Assembly (NCBI RefSeq): GCF_009914755.1
Contig: NC_060930.1
DNA: 64,000 nucleotides
Direction: 5' to 3' (one strand)
Source of the DNA: the human T2T-CHM13v2.0 reference genome, Homo sapiens
The notes below the pieces were generated by a model. It was not told the DNA's origin, searched no databases, and saw nothing but the letters and a program-made list of their open reading frames with translations. Of this stretch, positions 38,800-53,989 are shown piece by piece. Made by a program: the position numbers and the translations under genes. Each line of letters opens with the position of its first letter. Position 1 is the stretch's first letter.

Positions 38800-39335
38800 T
38801 GTCTAGTCATACTCCTATTCACCATTCTCAACTACTCATACATGCCCTGCTCTTGTTTACACTGCCAGTTTACACTGTTTCTCCAAGCCATCACAGCTGA
38901 TATCTCCTGGTGCTGTCCCCAAACTGCCACTCTTAACTCTTGAAGTAAATAAATAATCTTTGCTGGCAGGACTATGCTGAATCTCCTTAGGCACTCTCTA
39001 ATCAGATGTCCTAGGTCCTCCCAATTCTTAGACCTTTTATACCTGTTTTTCTCCTTCTCTTATTCCATTTAGTTTTTCAATTCATACAAAACCGTATCCA
39101 GGCCATCACCAATCATTCTATACGACAAATGTTTCTTCTAACATCCCCACAATATCATCCCTTACCACAAAATCTTCCTTCAGCTTAATCTCTCCCACTC
39201 TAGGTTCCCACGCTGCCCCAATCCGGCTTGAAGCAGCCCGGAGAAACATCGCCCATTCTCTCTCCATACCACCCCCAAAAATTTTCGCTGCCCCAACACT
39301 TCAACACTATTTTGTTTTATTTTTCTTATTAATAT
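38800..39335 (+). pseudogene. env: Heavily deleted HERV-H env remnant
   Basis: Lies between pol and the polypurine tract, only ~0.5 kb, no long ORF. Confidence 0.6.
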
Positions 39336-39348
39336 AAGAAGGCAGGAA

Positions 39349-39782
39349 TGTCAGGTCTCTGAGCCCAAGCCAAGCCATCGCATCCCCTGTGACTTGCACG
39401 TATACGCCCAGATGGCCTGAAGTAACTGAAGAATCACAAAAGAAGTGAAAAGGCCCTGCCCCACCTTAACTGATGACATTCCACCACTGTGATTTGTTCC
39501 TGCCCCACCTTAACTGAGTGATTAACCCTGTGAATTTCCTTCTCCTGGCTCAGAAGCTCCCCCACTGAGCACCTTGTGACCCCCACCCCTGCCCACCAGA
39601 GAAAAACCCCCTTTGACTATAATTTTCCATTACCTTCCCAAATCCTATAAAACGGCCCCACCCCTATCTCCCTTCGCTGACTCTCTTTTCGGACTCAGCC
39701 CGCCTGCACCCAGGTGAAATAAACAGCCATGTTGCTCACACAAAGCCTGTTTGGTCGTCTCTTCACACGGACGCGCATGAAA
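39349..39782 (+). mobile_element. HERV-H 3' LTR (LTR7Y-like)
   Basis: 434 bp; 7 substitutions relative to the 5' LTR by manual comparison. Confidence 0.95.
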
Positions 39783-40011
39783 ATTGCCAAAAAAAATCAA
39801 ATCATAAATTAAATGAGAGTTTCTCATGGCCAAATTCTAGCAAGAACAAAACTACAAAGATGTCCCAAAATTTTTATAGCAAAAATTAACATTTACTGTG
39901 GTATATTTTTGGTGTTTGATGTGATGTGAGGTGAGATGTCTACAAAAGTGCCTAGTCTATGTTTGACTATAACTTACTGTTTTTCTCCATTGTAAATAGG
40001 CCTAAACTTAG

Positions 40012-40303
<292 letters not shown>

Positions 40304-41029
40304 AGGCCTACTCTTAACATTTGCAGGAAAAGGCAAAAATACAAATTCAGCCTCCTGCCCCATGCCCACCTTCCTTCCCATCCCACTTCATCCCAAAGAA
40401 AAGCCTTGCACTAGTATCTATGTACAGCTCAGTCCAGCCTCCCTGCTTTGCCAGACAGTCCTGGGAGTGTTCACCCTGTGCCTCTTGGCCCCAGGGAGGC
40501 TTTGTAAGCAGGGGTGAGACAGCAGGGTAACAGTGGAGCCCTTTAAAGTATGAGGCCTTGGTAGTACCACTCTAACATTTCTATATTTCTATTATAGGAT
40601 TTAGTACTATCTAAAGTATTATTTTGCTCGTTTTATCTACTTTTAAAAAGATTTCTTACCACTGCACTAAAAGAAGACTCTATCTATTGTACCTAGAATC
40701 ACAGGGATTCTGATGCTAGAAGAGCATCTTGCTTATAGCAGATACTAAGTAAATATTTTTTGAAAAAAATAATTATTTTTGATATGATTTTCTTATGAAA
40801 TGATGGCATTCATATTGGAAAGAATAAAGGCTTTGCAATTGAATAAACTTAAATTTAATTCCATCTCATCCCATTATTAGCCATGATTTTAGTGGATGGG
40901 GACAAAATTAAAATCCAGCCCGAGGATTTTTTTATTTTCTCCAAATTTCTATCTTTCAAAATTTCCTGCCTTAGCATGCTCTGTGTATCAAACTGTGGTT
41001 TCCACCTGATAGTGGGTTGTCAAAACAAC

Positions 41030-41925
41030 TTGTAATTCCCAAAGTGTGGTCTATGGGGCCCTGGGGGTCCCAAGACTTTTCAGGAAATCTATGAAGTCAA
41101 AATTGTCATAATAATATTAAGATGCGAGTTGCCTTTTCCACTATGCTGACATTTGCACTAATGGTGGTACCACACTGTACCAAGTATTTATTCTTCACTG
41201 CTGTAATTCACAGTTTCAAAGAAAAATGCCTTTCACTTTAAAATGTCCTTAAAAAAACAGAAAAAGTATTATTATTAATCTCAACCTTTAGTATATATCT
41301 TTCCAATATTCTTTGTGACAAAATGGGAATAGTGAAGTAAGATTTTATCTTGAGAGAAATTATTCAATTCAATTGCAAGCTGAACTAGGTACTTTTTTTG
41401 GTAGAACACCATTTTTACTTTCAAGAATGACTGACACTTACTGTTATGCAGACTAGGATATTTGGCTGAGATTTTCTTTAACATGGACAAAGTTATTTTG
41501 TATCATTTTTGCCCACGAGAAAGTTTAAGTTTCAAGGAAAACCGGAACTTTAGAAACGTATCCAACACTGTGAGCTTGACAGCTTCCCAAAAACTTAATG
41601 ACTCTTTGGAAGAGATAGATGGTGATATTAACAAATGTGATTTTTAACTATTATATAATGAAGTTTGCAAATATTTGGAAAATCTTCATAACTCAGTGAA
41701 CCAGTATTTTCCAAACGGCCAATGCATGATAATCCAAAATCGTATATGGGTAAAAGATACATTCACAGTACAAGATAAGCCAATGAATTTTAATGAAAAT
41801 GTACTTAAAGTTTATTGACAGTTTTAGATTCGATGCTGCAAGTAACTTTTAAGAAAGCTTTTTATGGTCCTCAGCAATTTTTAAGTGAGTAGAGTTCCTG
41901 AGATCAAAATGTTTTAGAATAACTG
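41030..41925. mobile_element. Charlie1-like hAT DNA transposon fossil, probably nested in another hAT MITE (~40975-42160)
   Basis: 'cccaaagtgtggtc...ccctgggggtcccaagac', transposase-like 'ctcagtgaaccagtattttccaaa', end 'cctgagatcaaaatgttttagaataactg'. Confidence 0.7.
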
Positions 41926-42171
41926 ATTTAATGAATTGTGACCAGCATTTTGAAAATGAAGTACAAAATAACATTGTATTTTAATACTATTAAGGTCATA
42001 TTTTAAATTTACCTTATGTTTCATATTATTATATATTGCATTGGTAAATATAGTTTTTTTGAAACTTTTGTTTCAGTTTTGCAAACACAAACATACACAT
42101 GTGGGTACTAGGGCACAAGATAAAATTTAGCTTTTACTGTTGCAGTAAAAAGTTTGAAAAAAATATATAGA

Positions 42172-42682
42172 TGCCAAGACCAGCTTGGTAGGGGAGACCT
42201 AACCCAGCAGCGCTAGAGGAATTAAAGACACACACACAGAAATATAGAGGTGTGAAGTGGGAAATCAGGGGTCTCACAGCCTTCAGAGCTGAGAGCCCTG
42301 AACAGAGATTTACCCATGTATTTATTAACAGCAAACCAGTCATTAGCATTGTTTCTATAGATATTAAATTAACTAAAAGTATCCCTTATGGGAAACGAAG
42401 GGATGGGCCGAATTAAAGGAATAGATTGGGCTAGTTAACTGCAGCAGGAGCATGTTCTTAAGGCACAGATCGCTCATGCTATGGTTTCTGGCTTAAGAAC
42501 GCCTTTAAGCGGTTTTCCGCCCTGGGCGGGCCAGGTGTTCCTTGCCCTCATTCCCGTAAACCCACAACCTTCCAGCTTGGACATTAGCGCCATTATGAAC
42601 ATGTTACAGTGTGGCAGAGATTTTGTTTCTGGACAGTTCGGGGCCAGTTTATGGCTAGATTTTGGGGGGCCTGCTCCCAACA
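42172..42682 (-). mobile_element. MER9 solo LTR (HERV-K HML-3)
   Basis: 511 bp; reverse complement starts 'tgttgggagcaggcccccc'; 6-bp TSD TATAGA (42166-42171 / 42683-42688). Confidence 0.9.
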
Positions 42683-42868
42683 TATAGATCATCTGCTTTT
42701 TTATCTTTCTATGCCAAGATACTTAGCACTATGTCTGATACATATATTGACTCAATAAATATAGAATAAACTGCCTCTTTTCTCTCATTTTCCACATTTT
42801 GTATTAGCATATCCTATCACCTCTGGCTTCAAAACCTTCATTCAACTTTTCCCCTATAGTCTATTCTT

Positions 42869-42962
42869 TTTTTTTTTTCAGATGGAGTCTTGCTCTGTCG
42901 CCCAGGCTGGAGTGCAATGGTGCAATTTTGGCTCACTGCCTCCCAGGTTCACGTCATTCTGC
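42869..42962 (-). mobile_element. Severely 5'-truncated Alu
   Basis: T tail plus ~80 bp of right arm; degenerate TSD 'ctatagtctattctt' / 'ctagagtccattctt'. Confidence 0.85.
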
Positions 42963-43753
42963 CTAGAGTCCATTCTTAACACAGACACTCGAGTGATCCT
43001 GTTACCTCTCTTTATTTAGAAGTTTACCTATTTTTGATACCAATTTCCATCTTCTTTCCATTTGCTCATTCCTTGCTGTCTACCCTGGCCTACCCCTTGT
43101 TCATAGAACATACAAGCCTATCACTAGGACTTAGATTTCATTATCATAAATTCTCCATTTGTATCAAGAACAACCAATTACCACCCCATGCCATTGCTGC
43201 CTTTATTACCTGCTTCCATATACCACACTTTCCATCAGTGACACCATGTCTTTTCATGAGTCCTTCCACTATTCCCTTGAACTCTACATTGCCAATTGTA
43301 TTCATCTTAGTAATGAATCAATGGTAATACTCATGCTTGTCATGAATCACTTCAACTAAATGCTAATGAGAAGTTGGCAGAAAGCAGTTAAGAAACTGCT
43401 TGCATCTGGATATTGTCTGTAAATCAGCTCTCAACATACATCAAGAGGGAAGTTTAGCTGAAATAATATGAAATACAGTAATAAGCCAAATACTATTTTC
43501 TGGAATGAAAAGCAAAATTCTTCAGATGCACCAGTTCTAAAACAGACAGTAGGAAAGTTAGAAATGTGAATCAAGATTTTAAGGAAACAATTTTAACAAA
43601 TTATTCTATGTCTAAATTGAGTGAGCTCTGAGATTGTTGATAAACTGATGCTAGAAAAAAAATGGTTAGGAACACAGAGGTGCTGTCTCTCTATTCTTTC
43701 CATCACATCAACCAAATTCTTAAAGTTCTTATTATTAATATTGTAAAAGCAAC

Positions 43754-44150
43754 TTTATTAGGGTGTTCTTGCATTGCTATAAATAAATACCTGAGACTGG
43801 ATAATTTATAAAGAAAGGTTTAATTGGCTCACAGTTCTGCAGGCTATACAAGAAACATAGCAGCATCTGCTTCTGGGAGGCCTCAAGAAGCTTCCAATCA
43901 TGGCAGAAGGCAAAGAGGGAGCAGGACATCACATGGCAAAAGCAGGAGCAGGGTGGAGGGGTTGCACCACATTGTACAACAACCAGATCTCACTCGAACT
44001 CTCTCACTATCACGAGGACAGCATCAAAGGAATGGCGCTAAACCATTCATGAGAACTTCACCCCGATGATCCGATCACCTCCCATCAGGCCCCACCTCCA
44101 ACATTGAGGATTACATTTCAACATGAGCTTTGGGTGGGGCAACTATATCA
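43754..44150 (-). mobile_element. MSTA/MSTB solo LTR
   Basis: 'ttgcattgctataaataaatacctgagactgg...aactatatca', 5-bp TSD GCAAC. Confidence 0.88.
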
Positions 44151-44552
44151 GCAACTTTGAGTTTAGATGTTAAATTGTCTGACCAACTAGTGTTAAAAAA
44201 TTTTTTTTAATTATACTTCTATATTCTCTGAATTTATATATATCCTTCTGCCAAAAGGAGATAATAGTTAGAACAGCTGCTTTTCCTGGAATTAATATAT
44301 AATCCTAAATTTAATTTCTGTGATAATAGAAAGTTGTTAAATAAATAATTAAAAGCTAGTATTACTACAGTATTTTTTAAAAAAATCTTTTCAATATTGA
44401 AAGTAAATTTTACTTTCAAAACTACCATAATTCTTTCTTGCAAAAGTTGCCAGAAAATCACAGAGAATAGATTTAATAGTTATTTCCCAGATTGCAGAAA
44501 ATGAAATGCTTTTTTATACATGACTAACTAGTAGTCCTATTCCAACCCCCAA

Positions 44553-44721
44553 ATGATTATAAATCACATCTGATTTCTGCAACGTTTATTTCACATAATA
44601 CTATAATTGTACTTTATGAATACTTTTATAGGCTTGGTTATGATTATAAATCACATCAGATTTCTACAACGTTTATTTCACATAATATTGTAATTGTACT
44701 TTATGAATACTTTTATAGGCT
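44553..44721. repeat. 82-bp tandem duplication with a 5-bp insert (tggtt)
   Basis: 44553-44634 vs 44640-44721, 4 mismatches. Confidence 0.95.
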
Positions 44722-44932
44722 AGGAGGAACAGAAAACAATGGTAGAAGAAAATTTTACCTTATTTATGAGAAAGGAAATGACCAAAAAAGAGAAAGTGAG
44801 GGGAGAAAAATTAATGTAAAAAAATTACTGATTAAGATGGTTTAAGATAAAGCAAGATCATCATAGGAAAAAAAAGACCAGTTTTCAAAGAAGTCTGATA
44901 CCCACTGATGTCACCTTAAGCCCAGAACCTAG

Positions 44933-45303
<371 letters not shown>

Positions 45304-46089
45304 GAATGTTCTTAATCAACACAGGCAATATAACTAAAATTATAACACAGAATTATAACTAAAAGTAAATCTGATTTCGTAGAAACAGAGATATTGGGCC
45401 TGGGATAAAGGGATGCCCAAAATTGTGGCATTATTGCTCTAAGGCCATTAGACAACACTTTCTAAGATCCACATTTAACAAATCAAGTCAAGCTAATTCT
45501 GTATCCTAAATATATCTCTTTTCAATGAACACAAAAAGGGAACTTCCGCTTTGGGGAAAATCGAATAGACATACTTTTATCTATTTCTCCCCTGAAGTAC
45601 AACTAAAATTTCTGAACATTATATATAAAACAAACACAAAAAGACTCTGAAAGTGGGAGAGAAGATGGCAGACTGGCTAGGGACATTGGAAGTGAAGAAA
45701 AATGTTGTGAGTCCCCTGCATTTTTTTTTTTTTGTATTTGCTTTTGCCTTATAGATCTCAGACTTAGAGCTGAAGAACCTGACTACATAGCAATGCCAAT
45801 AGGTGCAGATGAAAACCCCCAACAAAAAGCTGTTCTCTCTAGTCAAAGAGCTAGAAAAACCAAAAATTCTTGGACAATAACCTCTCTGTTCAAGCCAGAC
45901 ACCACAGAAAAAAACTATGGTCCATTCCCACACAAGCCAGCAAAGGCCCAGTGGGAGCTTAGACTTCCACTCTTGTGAGCCTCAGGCTAGATGCCCAAAC
46001 CACCACCTCACATTCCCCACTAGGGTGGTGTCAAAGGGATGACAGTAGGGAACTGGTACTTTCACCCTCACCAGGAAGTAGTAAGCCTC

Positions 46090-46309
46090 TTCCCTTTCAT
46101 AAGCATCTGGCATTTCCCCTGCTTGCACTCAACTCTGTCCTGCCACCCTGTGAAGAAGGTGCCTGCTTCTCCTTTGCCTTCTGCCATGATTGTAAGTTTC
46201 CTGAGGGTTCCCCAGCCATGTGGAACTGTGAGTGAAGTAAACCTCTTTCCTTTATAAATTACCCAGTCTTGCATATTTCTTCATAGCAGTGGGAGAATGG
46301 TCTAATACA
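46090..46309 (+). mobile_element. THE1/MST LTR, 3' half, within the L1
   Basis: 'ccatgattgtaagtttcctgagg...ggaactgtgagt...gaatggtctaataca'. Confidence 0.85.
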
Positions 46310-47458
46310 CCAGACAATCAACAGATGTCAACACTGAGCTAATAGAAATGTTAGAATTATCTGAAAAAAGGTTTTAAAGCAGCCATTATAAAAATTATTG
46401 CTTCAAATGGAATAATAAATAGCAATAAAAAGCAAATAAAAGAAAGTAAAGAAGTAGGAGATATAAATAAAAACCAATGTGAATTTTAGAACTAAAACAA
46501 CAGAAGAACCAAATTTTAAAACTCAGTGGAAGAGCTCAGCAGCAGAATAGAGAAGACAGAAGAAATAATCAGTGAACTTGAAGATACATCAATAGAAATG
46601 ATACAATATGGATAACAGAGAGAAGGTAGACTAAACAAAAAGTGAACAGAGCCTCAGGGACCTTTGAGATCATAACAAAAGATTAAACATTACTGTAATT
46701 AGAGTCTTGAAGGGAGAGGAGAAAGACAGCAGAGCTGGTAAATACTCTAACAAACAATAGCTAAAAACATTCCAAATTTGGCATAAGATATAAATGTACA
46801 GATTCAAAAAGTTAAGTGGACCCCAAAAAGGAGAAGCCCAAAGAAATTCATACCAAGACCTATAATCGTCAAACTTGTAAAAACTAAAGACAAAGAAAAA
46901 AATCTTGAAAGCAGAGAGACAGAAATGACACCTTATCTATTAGGAAAAACAATTTAAATAAAAAAGGCTTTTCATCAGAAACCATGCAGGCCAGAAGGAA
47001 GTAGAAAACATTTTTTCAAGTTCTGGAAGAAAAAAAAAAGAATTATCAACCCCAAATCCTATACCCACCAAAAATATTCCTCATGAATGAAGAAATCAAG
47101 ACATTATCAGATAAAGAAAAATAAAGAAAATTTATCATCAGCAGACCTACCCTTTAAAAATTCCTGAAAGAAGATTCCTAAACAAAAATAAAATGATAAA
47201 AGAAGAAATATTTTTGAAAGATTACAATTAAAGAACATGGTAAGCAAAAATATGGGTAAATAAGGTAGACTTTTTTTCTCCTCTTGAGTTTTTTGAAGAA
47301 TTCTGGCTGTTGAAGCAAAAATTAAAACAATCTGATGTGGTTATAAATATAGATTGTGGAAATATTTAAGACAAAAAATGTAAAAGCAGATATGATTTCT
47401 ACACTTGACTCAGACTGGAAAAATGACAACATTAATAGGCTATGGTAAGTTTTACATT

Positions 47459-47497
47459 TATATATATATATATAGTGGCTATATATATTTAGTGGCT

Positions 47498-47542
<45 letters not shown>
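47459..47542. repeat. (TA)n microsatellite, interrupted
   Basis: About 20 pure TA units at 47503-47542, preceded by repeated 'tagtggcta' units. Confidence 0.95.
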
Positions 47543-47545
<3 letters not shown>

Positions 47546-47984
47546 CAACCACTTTAAAAAGCTATACAAAGATATATACTCGAAAAAATGGTATGTGTAC
47601 ATCAAAATGGAATTCTAAAAAATGTTTAAGTTACTTGCAGAATGGCAGGAAAAACAAAACAAAACAACAGAAAGAACAAACAGTAAAATATGGAAGACTT
47701 AAGTTTCAACATACCAGTATTTACATTGAATATGCATGGCCTATATACACCCATTAAAAGATAGAGATTGGAACAGTTTGTTAAAAACATGACCAAAATA
47801 TATGCTTTTTATAAGAAACTCCCTTCAAATATAACAATATAGGCAGATTTAAAGTGAAAGGGTAGAAAAAGATAAACCATGCAAATATTACTCAAAGGAA
47901 AGTAGGAGAGCTATATTAATATCAGATAAAGTGGACCTCAGGGCAAAGAAAACAAAACGAACAATACCTTAGGTCTGCCTAGGT

Positions 47985-48780
47985 CTGATATTGTTCCCCC
48001 TCAATCCATTTTCCTCAGTGTGAGAAGAGTGTTCTTCCTAAAATGCAGATTCTGTCCTGTCATTCCCTTGCTTAAAATCCTCCCATTCTTTTAGGATGAA
48101 GGCTGAACTCCTTATCAAGGTTTAGAGATGCCTCATGATTGTGCTCCTGACTGCTGTCTTTCCTGATTTCTAGCTTCTCCTCTAGCATTTAATGTATGCT
48201 CCAACCATACTGAAACAAATAAATTTAGGTGCTGTGCTCTATCTCAATATCATAACTTTGCAAATAACTTTGCAAATGATTTCCCACTGCCAGAGATTTC
48301 TTACTGTGGCTTTTCCACCACTGTCCAGTTGGGTAATTATTTCAAGTTTTAGATAAATGCCATTTCTGCCATAAGTTTGTGTTCCACACTAAGTTAAGAC
48401 CCCTGCAGCTATGTACTGCCATAACACCTTACAGTCATAACAGAACACTAGTCATACCTTACTGTAATTGCATGTTTAATCACACACCTCCCCTCGATGC
48501 AGTAAAGGGAATGCTCAATAGATGTTAATGTTTATCCATACTCCTTCCTTTCCTTTGATCTGAATGTAGTCCACCTCCTGAGAGTCACTGCAGCATCTTA
48601 GACTCTGAAATGCGGCCTTTCCTGTTAAGTGATAGGCTATGATGAATTATTTGATGGTAGGAGCCATGCTATATTCATCTATTTATTCTTACCTTCTGGC
48701 ACATAGTAGATGCTCAGTAAACATTAATCATATGAACAAATGCATAAGTAAATAAACAAATGAGTAGAATTAATGCCAGA
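47985..48780 (+). mobile_element. L2 fragments
   Basis: 'cctgtcattcccttgcttaaaatcctccc', 'tggcacatagtagatgctcagtaaac'. Confidence 0.65.
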
Positions 48781-48829
48781 AAACAAAGGAGACCATTGAA
48801 TATAGATATGGTTGTCATTAATTTATAAT

Positions 48830-49250
48830 ATAACTTTTCCTTTTAATTTTGAAAAATTAAAAGCTGCTAAAGAGTTGAAAGAATAAGACAATGAACACCT
48901 ATATAACCTTCACTCAGATTTACCAATTGTCAACATGTTCTAAGATACAATTTTCCTCACTCTATATGTATTTATTTTTCTAAAACATTTGAAAACACAT
49001 TGTAGATGTCAAGACACTTCACTCTTAAATACGTGGGCACATATGTCCTAAGAAAAAGACATTCTCCTTTATATCTACAGTGTAATTACCATACCCAAGA
49101 GGGTTAATAACAATTCAATAATATCATCAAATACATGGTCAATATTTAAAGTTTCCCATTTTTTAAACAGTATGCGTACTTGCACTTTTTAAATCGAGAA
49201 ATTAATAAAAGTTTATGCACTGTATTTGGTATTCATCTGTTTTTAGCCTT
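48830..49250 (-). mobile_element. L1ME-type 3' end
   Basis: 'aagagttgaaagaataagacaatgaacacctatataaccttcactcagatttaccaattgtcaacat'. Confidence 0.65.
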
Positions 49251-49545
49251 AAAGTAATTTTAAAATAAATAGCAATATGGTTAATGCTCACAATTTTAAG
49301 GCTGAGCTTCTTAGAGTGGTTATATAGTACAGTATATTGATTGAAGAGGAGTCACTATGTTCCAGAATTTGATTAACATATTTGCAAGTTCAGAAACTTA
49401 ACATTATCTATCATCAAAAGATCATGCTCTGAGATATAAAGTACCTACTTGTCAACTTACCTCCTTATTTTCTACTGTATCTAGATGCTACCTTCCACAA
49501 GGCAATCTATTTTTGCTGATAAACAGTTCTGTTACTGTTATGTAA

Positions 49546-49796
<251 letters not shown>

Positions 49797-50269
49797 TGAG
49801 CACTGAGACATACCCACCTGGTGTTTGTCTTCCATGAGTTGACTCATTTAAGGAAGATGACTCTGCCTAAGTGAGATGACATTATAATATTATGGTCACC
49901 TATCCCTAAAAGAGGATGCATTTTGGAATCAGGAATGATATGGGGCTGTACCACATGAGCAAGTTGTTTGGTCTCCAAGTGGCTGACTCTGAATCCCTAC
50001 TATTGTATTACAAACTAGAGTCTCCCTGCCATCTTTAGATGAGGCAGGACATTAAAAATATGGTATCTTTCTTGCCTGTGTCAGTGAATCTTCAGATAGG
50101 AAATTGTTTTTAATTTCCTTAGCCTAAAAGAATAATTAGTTTCCTCATCTGGAATGAGTATCATTATGAAATTATTATTAGCTTTGCTTTAGTAAATTAT
50201 CTATAAAATATGAGAGAGAAGATTTGACTATAAAGCTAGTTTCAGCACACAGATTCAACTATGGCATCT

Positions 50270-52185
50270 TTTTAATAGCTTTATTGAGATATAATTTGTG
50301 TACCATACAATTAAACCATTTAAAGTACACAACTCTTTGGTTCTTAGTATATTCACAGTTATACAACCATCACCACAATCAATTTTAGAACATTTTCATC
50401 ACACTGAAAAGAAATCATGTATCTATTAGCAGTCACTCCCCATTGCCTCCCAGAATCTTCCTGGCCAGGCCTGGCTAGGCACTATTCTACTTTCTGTCTC
50501 TATAGAGTTCCCTGTTCTGGATATATCACATAAAAGGCAGTACACAATATATGGTTTTTGTGAGTGGCTTCTTTAATGTAGCATAATGTTTGCAAGATTT
50601 ATTCACTTTGTAGAATCCATGTTGTTGAAGCATCAGTACTACATTCATTTTCAGACAATAATATTTCTGTGTATTGAATATATAATATTTTGTTTATCAA
50701 CTGACAGACTTTGGGTTGTTTTCACATTTTGCCTGCTATGAATAATGCTGCTATGAAGATTTATGAACAAGTTTTTATTTGAGCATGTTTTGCTTTCTCT
50801 TGGGTATATACCTAGGAGTGGAATTACTGGACCACATGGTTACTCTTTTTAACATTTGAAGGAAGTACCAAGCTGTTTTCCAAAGTGGCTGTATAAGTTT
50901 ACCTTTCCACAAGCAATGTATGAAAATTCTAATTTCTCTACACCTTTGCCAACCCTTGTTATTATTTGTCTTTTTGATTATAGTCATTTTAGTGAACATA
51001 AATTGGTATCTCATTGTGGCTTTGATTTTTATTTTTCTAATGACTGATGATGTTGAGTATCTTTTCATGGGCTTTTTGTCATTTGTATGTCTTCTTTAGA
51101 AAAATGTCTATTCAGATTATTTGCCTATTTTTTAATTGGGTTGTCTTTTTACTGTTGAGTTCTCAGTGTTCTTTCATATTCTAAATTCAAATCCCTTATC
51201 AGATATCATGATTTGCAAATATTTTCTTTCTTTCTGTTTCTCTTCACTTTCTTGGTATTGTCCTTTGAAGCACAAAGGTTTTTTATTTGAATAAATCTAA
51301 TTTATCTATTTGTTTGTTTTATTCCTTGTGTGTTTGGTGTCATATCTAAGAAATCATTGCCTAACAACAGGTCACAAAGATTTATGCCTATATTTTCTTC
51401 TAAGGGTTTTCTAGTTTTAGCTGTGACATTAGAGTCTTTGATCAATTTTAAGTTGATTTTTTTATATGGTGTGAGCTAGAAGTCCAACTTCATTCTTTTG
51501 CAGGTTGATACTCAGTTGTCCCAGCATCATTTGTTGAAAAGAATATTCTTCCTCCATTAAATTGCTTTTGACGTCCATGTTGAAAGTCAGTAAGTCATAA
51601 ATGGGAGGCTATATTTTTGGCTCTCACTTTTATTCCATTCATCTATATGTCAAATTTTATGCCAGTTTCATAATGTCTTGATGATTGTAGCTTTGTAGCA
51701 CGTTTGAAATTGCAAAGTGTGAGTACTCCAACTTTTTTGTCTTTCAAGACTGTTTTGACTATTATGGATTCTTTCAATTCCCATACAAATTTTAGAGTTG
51801 GTTCATCAATTTCTGCAAAAATGTGAGCTAAGATTTTGATAGGGATAGTAATGAATCTGTAGATCAATTTGGAAAGTATTGTCTTCTTAAAATATTGAGT
51901 CCTTCAGTCCATGAACGTGATATATCTTCCCAGTTATTTAGGTCTGTTAACATTTCTTTCAGCATTATAAATGAGAATATAAGTTTTGCACTTCTTTTGT
52001 AAAATTTATTCCTGTTTTATTATTTTGGATGCTATTGTAAATAGAATTGTTTTCTTAATTTTATTTTCAGATTGTTCATTACCATCGTATGAAAATACCA
52101 CTGATTTTTGTATATCGTATATTGATTTTTGTATTTTGTTTAGTTATCTTATACTTCACTGAACTTATTAGTTCTACATGTTTTT
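50270..52185 (-). mobile_element. L1MB-type LINE 3' portion
   Basis: 'gctttattgagatataatt' 3' end; minus-strand ORF2 peptides at 50775 and 51643. Confidence 0.88.
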
Positions 52186-53368
52186 GGTATCTCAATGCAA
52201 CAGTTTTTATTCTTTGTGTAACCCTATGGAAATAATTTTATTTTTCTTTTGGAACTAAAATACATGGTTGGTTTCATTTGCTAAGTAAAATTTGTTATGA
52301 AATTGGAGCAGCATATGTTAGGACTTGAAAATCTGCATCCAAATATTTGAAAAGCTGCTGTAGATATAGGCTGCATATTGGGCATCAGTTTGGACATTAG
52401 TGTGCATTTTACAGAGTTTTAAAATGCAAACTATTTTTTAATCTAAAAAAAGTACTTTTTATGTAAAGGATTTCATTAATCCTTAAGTACTTGTTAAGGA
52501 AAGAACTTGATCAAAATGATAGTACAATTAGATCAAACATACATTTAGAAAATAATTAAGACCATTTGGTTTCACTGAACAATGAACAGCCAGCTTATTG
52601 TTATTTCTCTATTAGTTCTTTTACTTATTTGACCATTCAATGATAATCTATTATGTGCCTACAACTCTAGTTAGAGAAGCAGAGATGAGACAATGTTCTT
52701 TTCCTCAAAGATCTTAGTCTAGCATCTGGTTGTAACTGGAAACCCCAAATTACTGTAGCTAATAAGTTTCTAATAAGCATAAATAATTATTAATAAGCTT
52801 GCTATTTAATACTTCTTAATCTTTCAAATACTATACAGAATACCTAAGAATAATATCTCTCAGCACAATTTCCCAGACATTTGAGGCAGTGATTTGGTGA
52901 ACAAAATCTATATATAAGAAAAAAGTTTAAAAAGTATATAGCACAATTTTATAGTTTTGGGGTTGTGATAGCATGGCCATTCGGCAAATTTCGACTGCTC
53001 CATTTTTTAGAATAAAAGAATCAGAAATAATAAGAGGATCATTCCACAGGGCGGTCTAAAAGTAGAAATAGCTTCTGAAAAAGGTAAATCTAATATCATT
53101 TGCAGTTTAGCATAACCCAGGAAGTGACCACTAAAAGATCCTTTTGAAATTTCCTGAACCTTTGCTCCTGCCCAACATATTATTTCTGTTTGTTTTTCTA
53201 TATGAATATCAATAAAACCCTTAAAATGGAAAGAATCACCAGGGAAGGGAGATCTGAGAGATACGTGCTTTTGCATGGCTGGCCCTGGAGAGACAGGAGC
53301 CACAAGGGAGAGGGCAAAGACCCTGGACTGAGGAGCCTGTTGAGGAGTCCCTTTAAAAGAGGTCTCTA

Positions 53369-53989
<621 letters not shown>

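Larger units (their letters stand above)
32467..39782 (+). mobile_element. HERV-H provirus (common ~5.8-kb deleted type once the LTR12C insert is removed)
   Basis: Paired LTRs, TSD ATTGC (32462-32466 / 39783-39787), His primer binding site, polypurine tract 'aagaaggcaggaa' at 39336-39348, gag/pro/pol remnants. Confidence 0.97.
45540..47960 (+). mobile_element. Old L1M 5'UTR / ORF1 / ORF2-start remnant
   Basis: A-rich ORF1-like 'atcagtgaacttgaagat', 'cagagcctcagggacc', 'catcagaaaccatgcaggccagaagg'; endonuclease-like 'gctatattaatatcagataaagtggac'. Confidence 0.8.
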
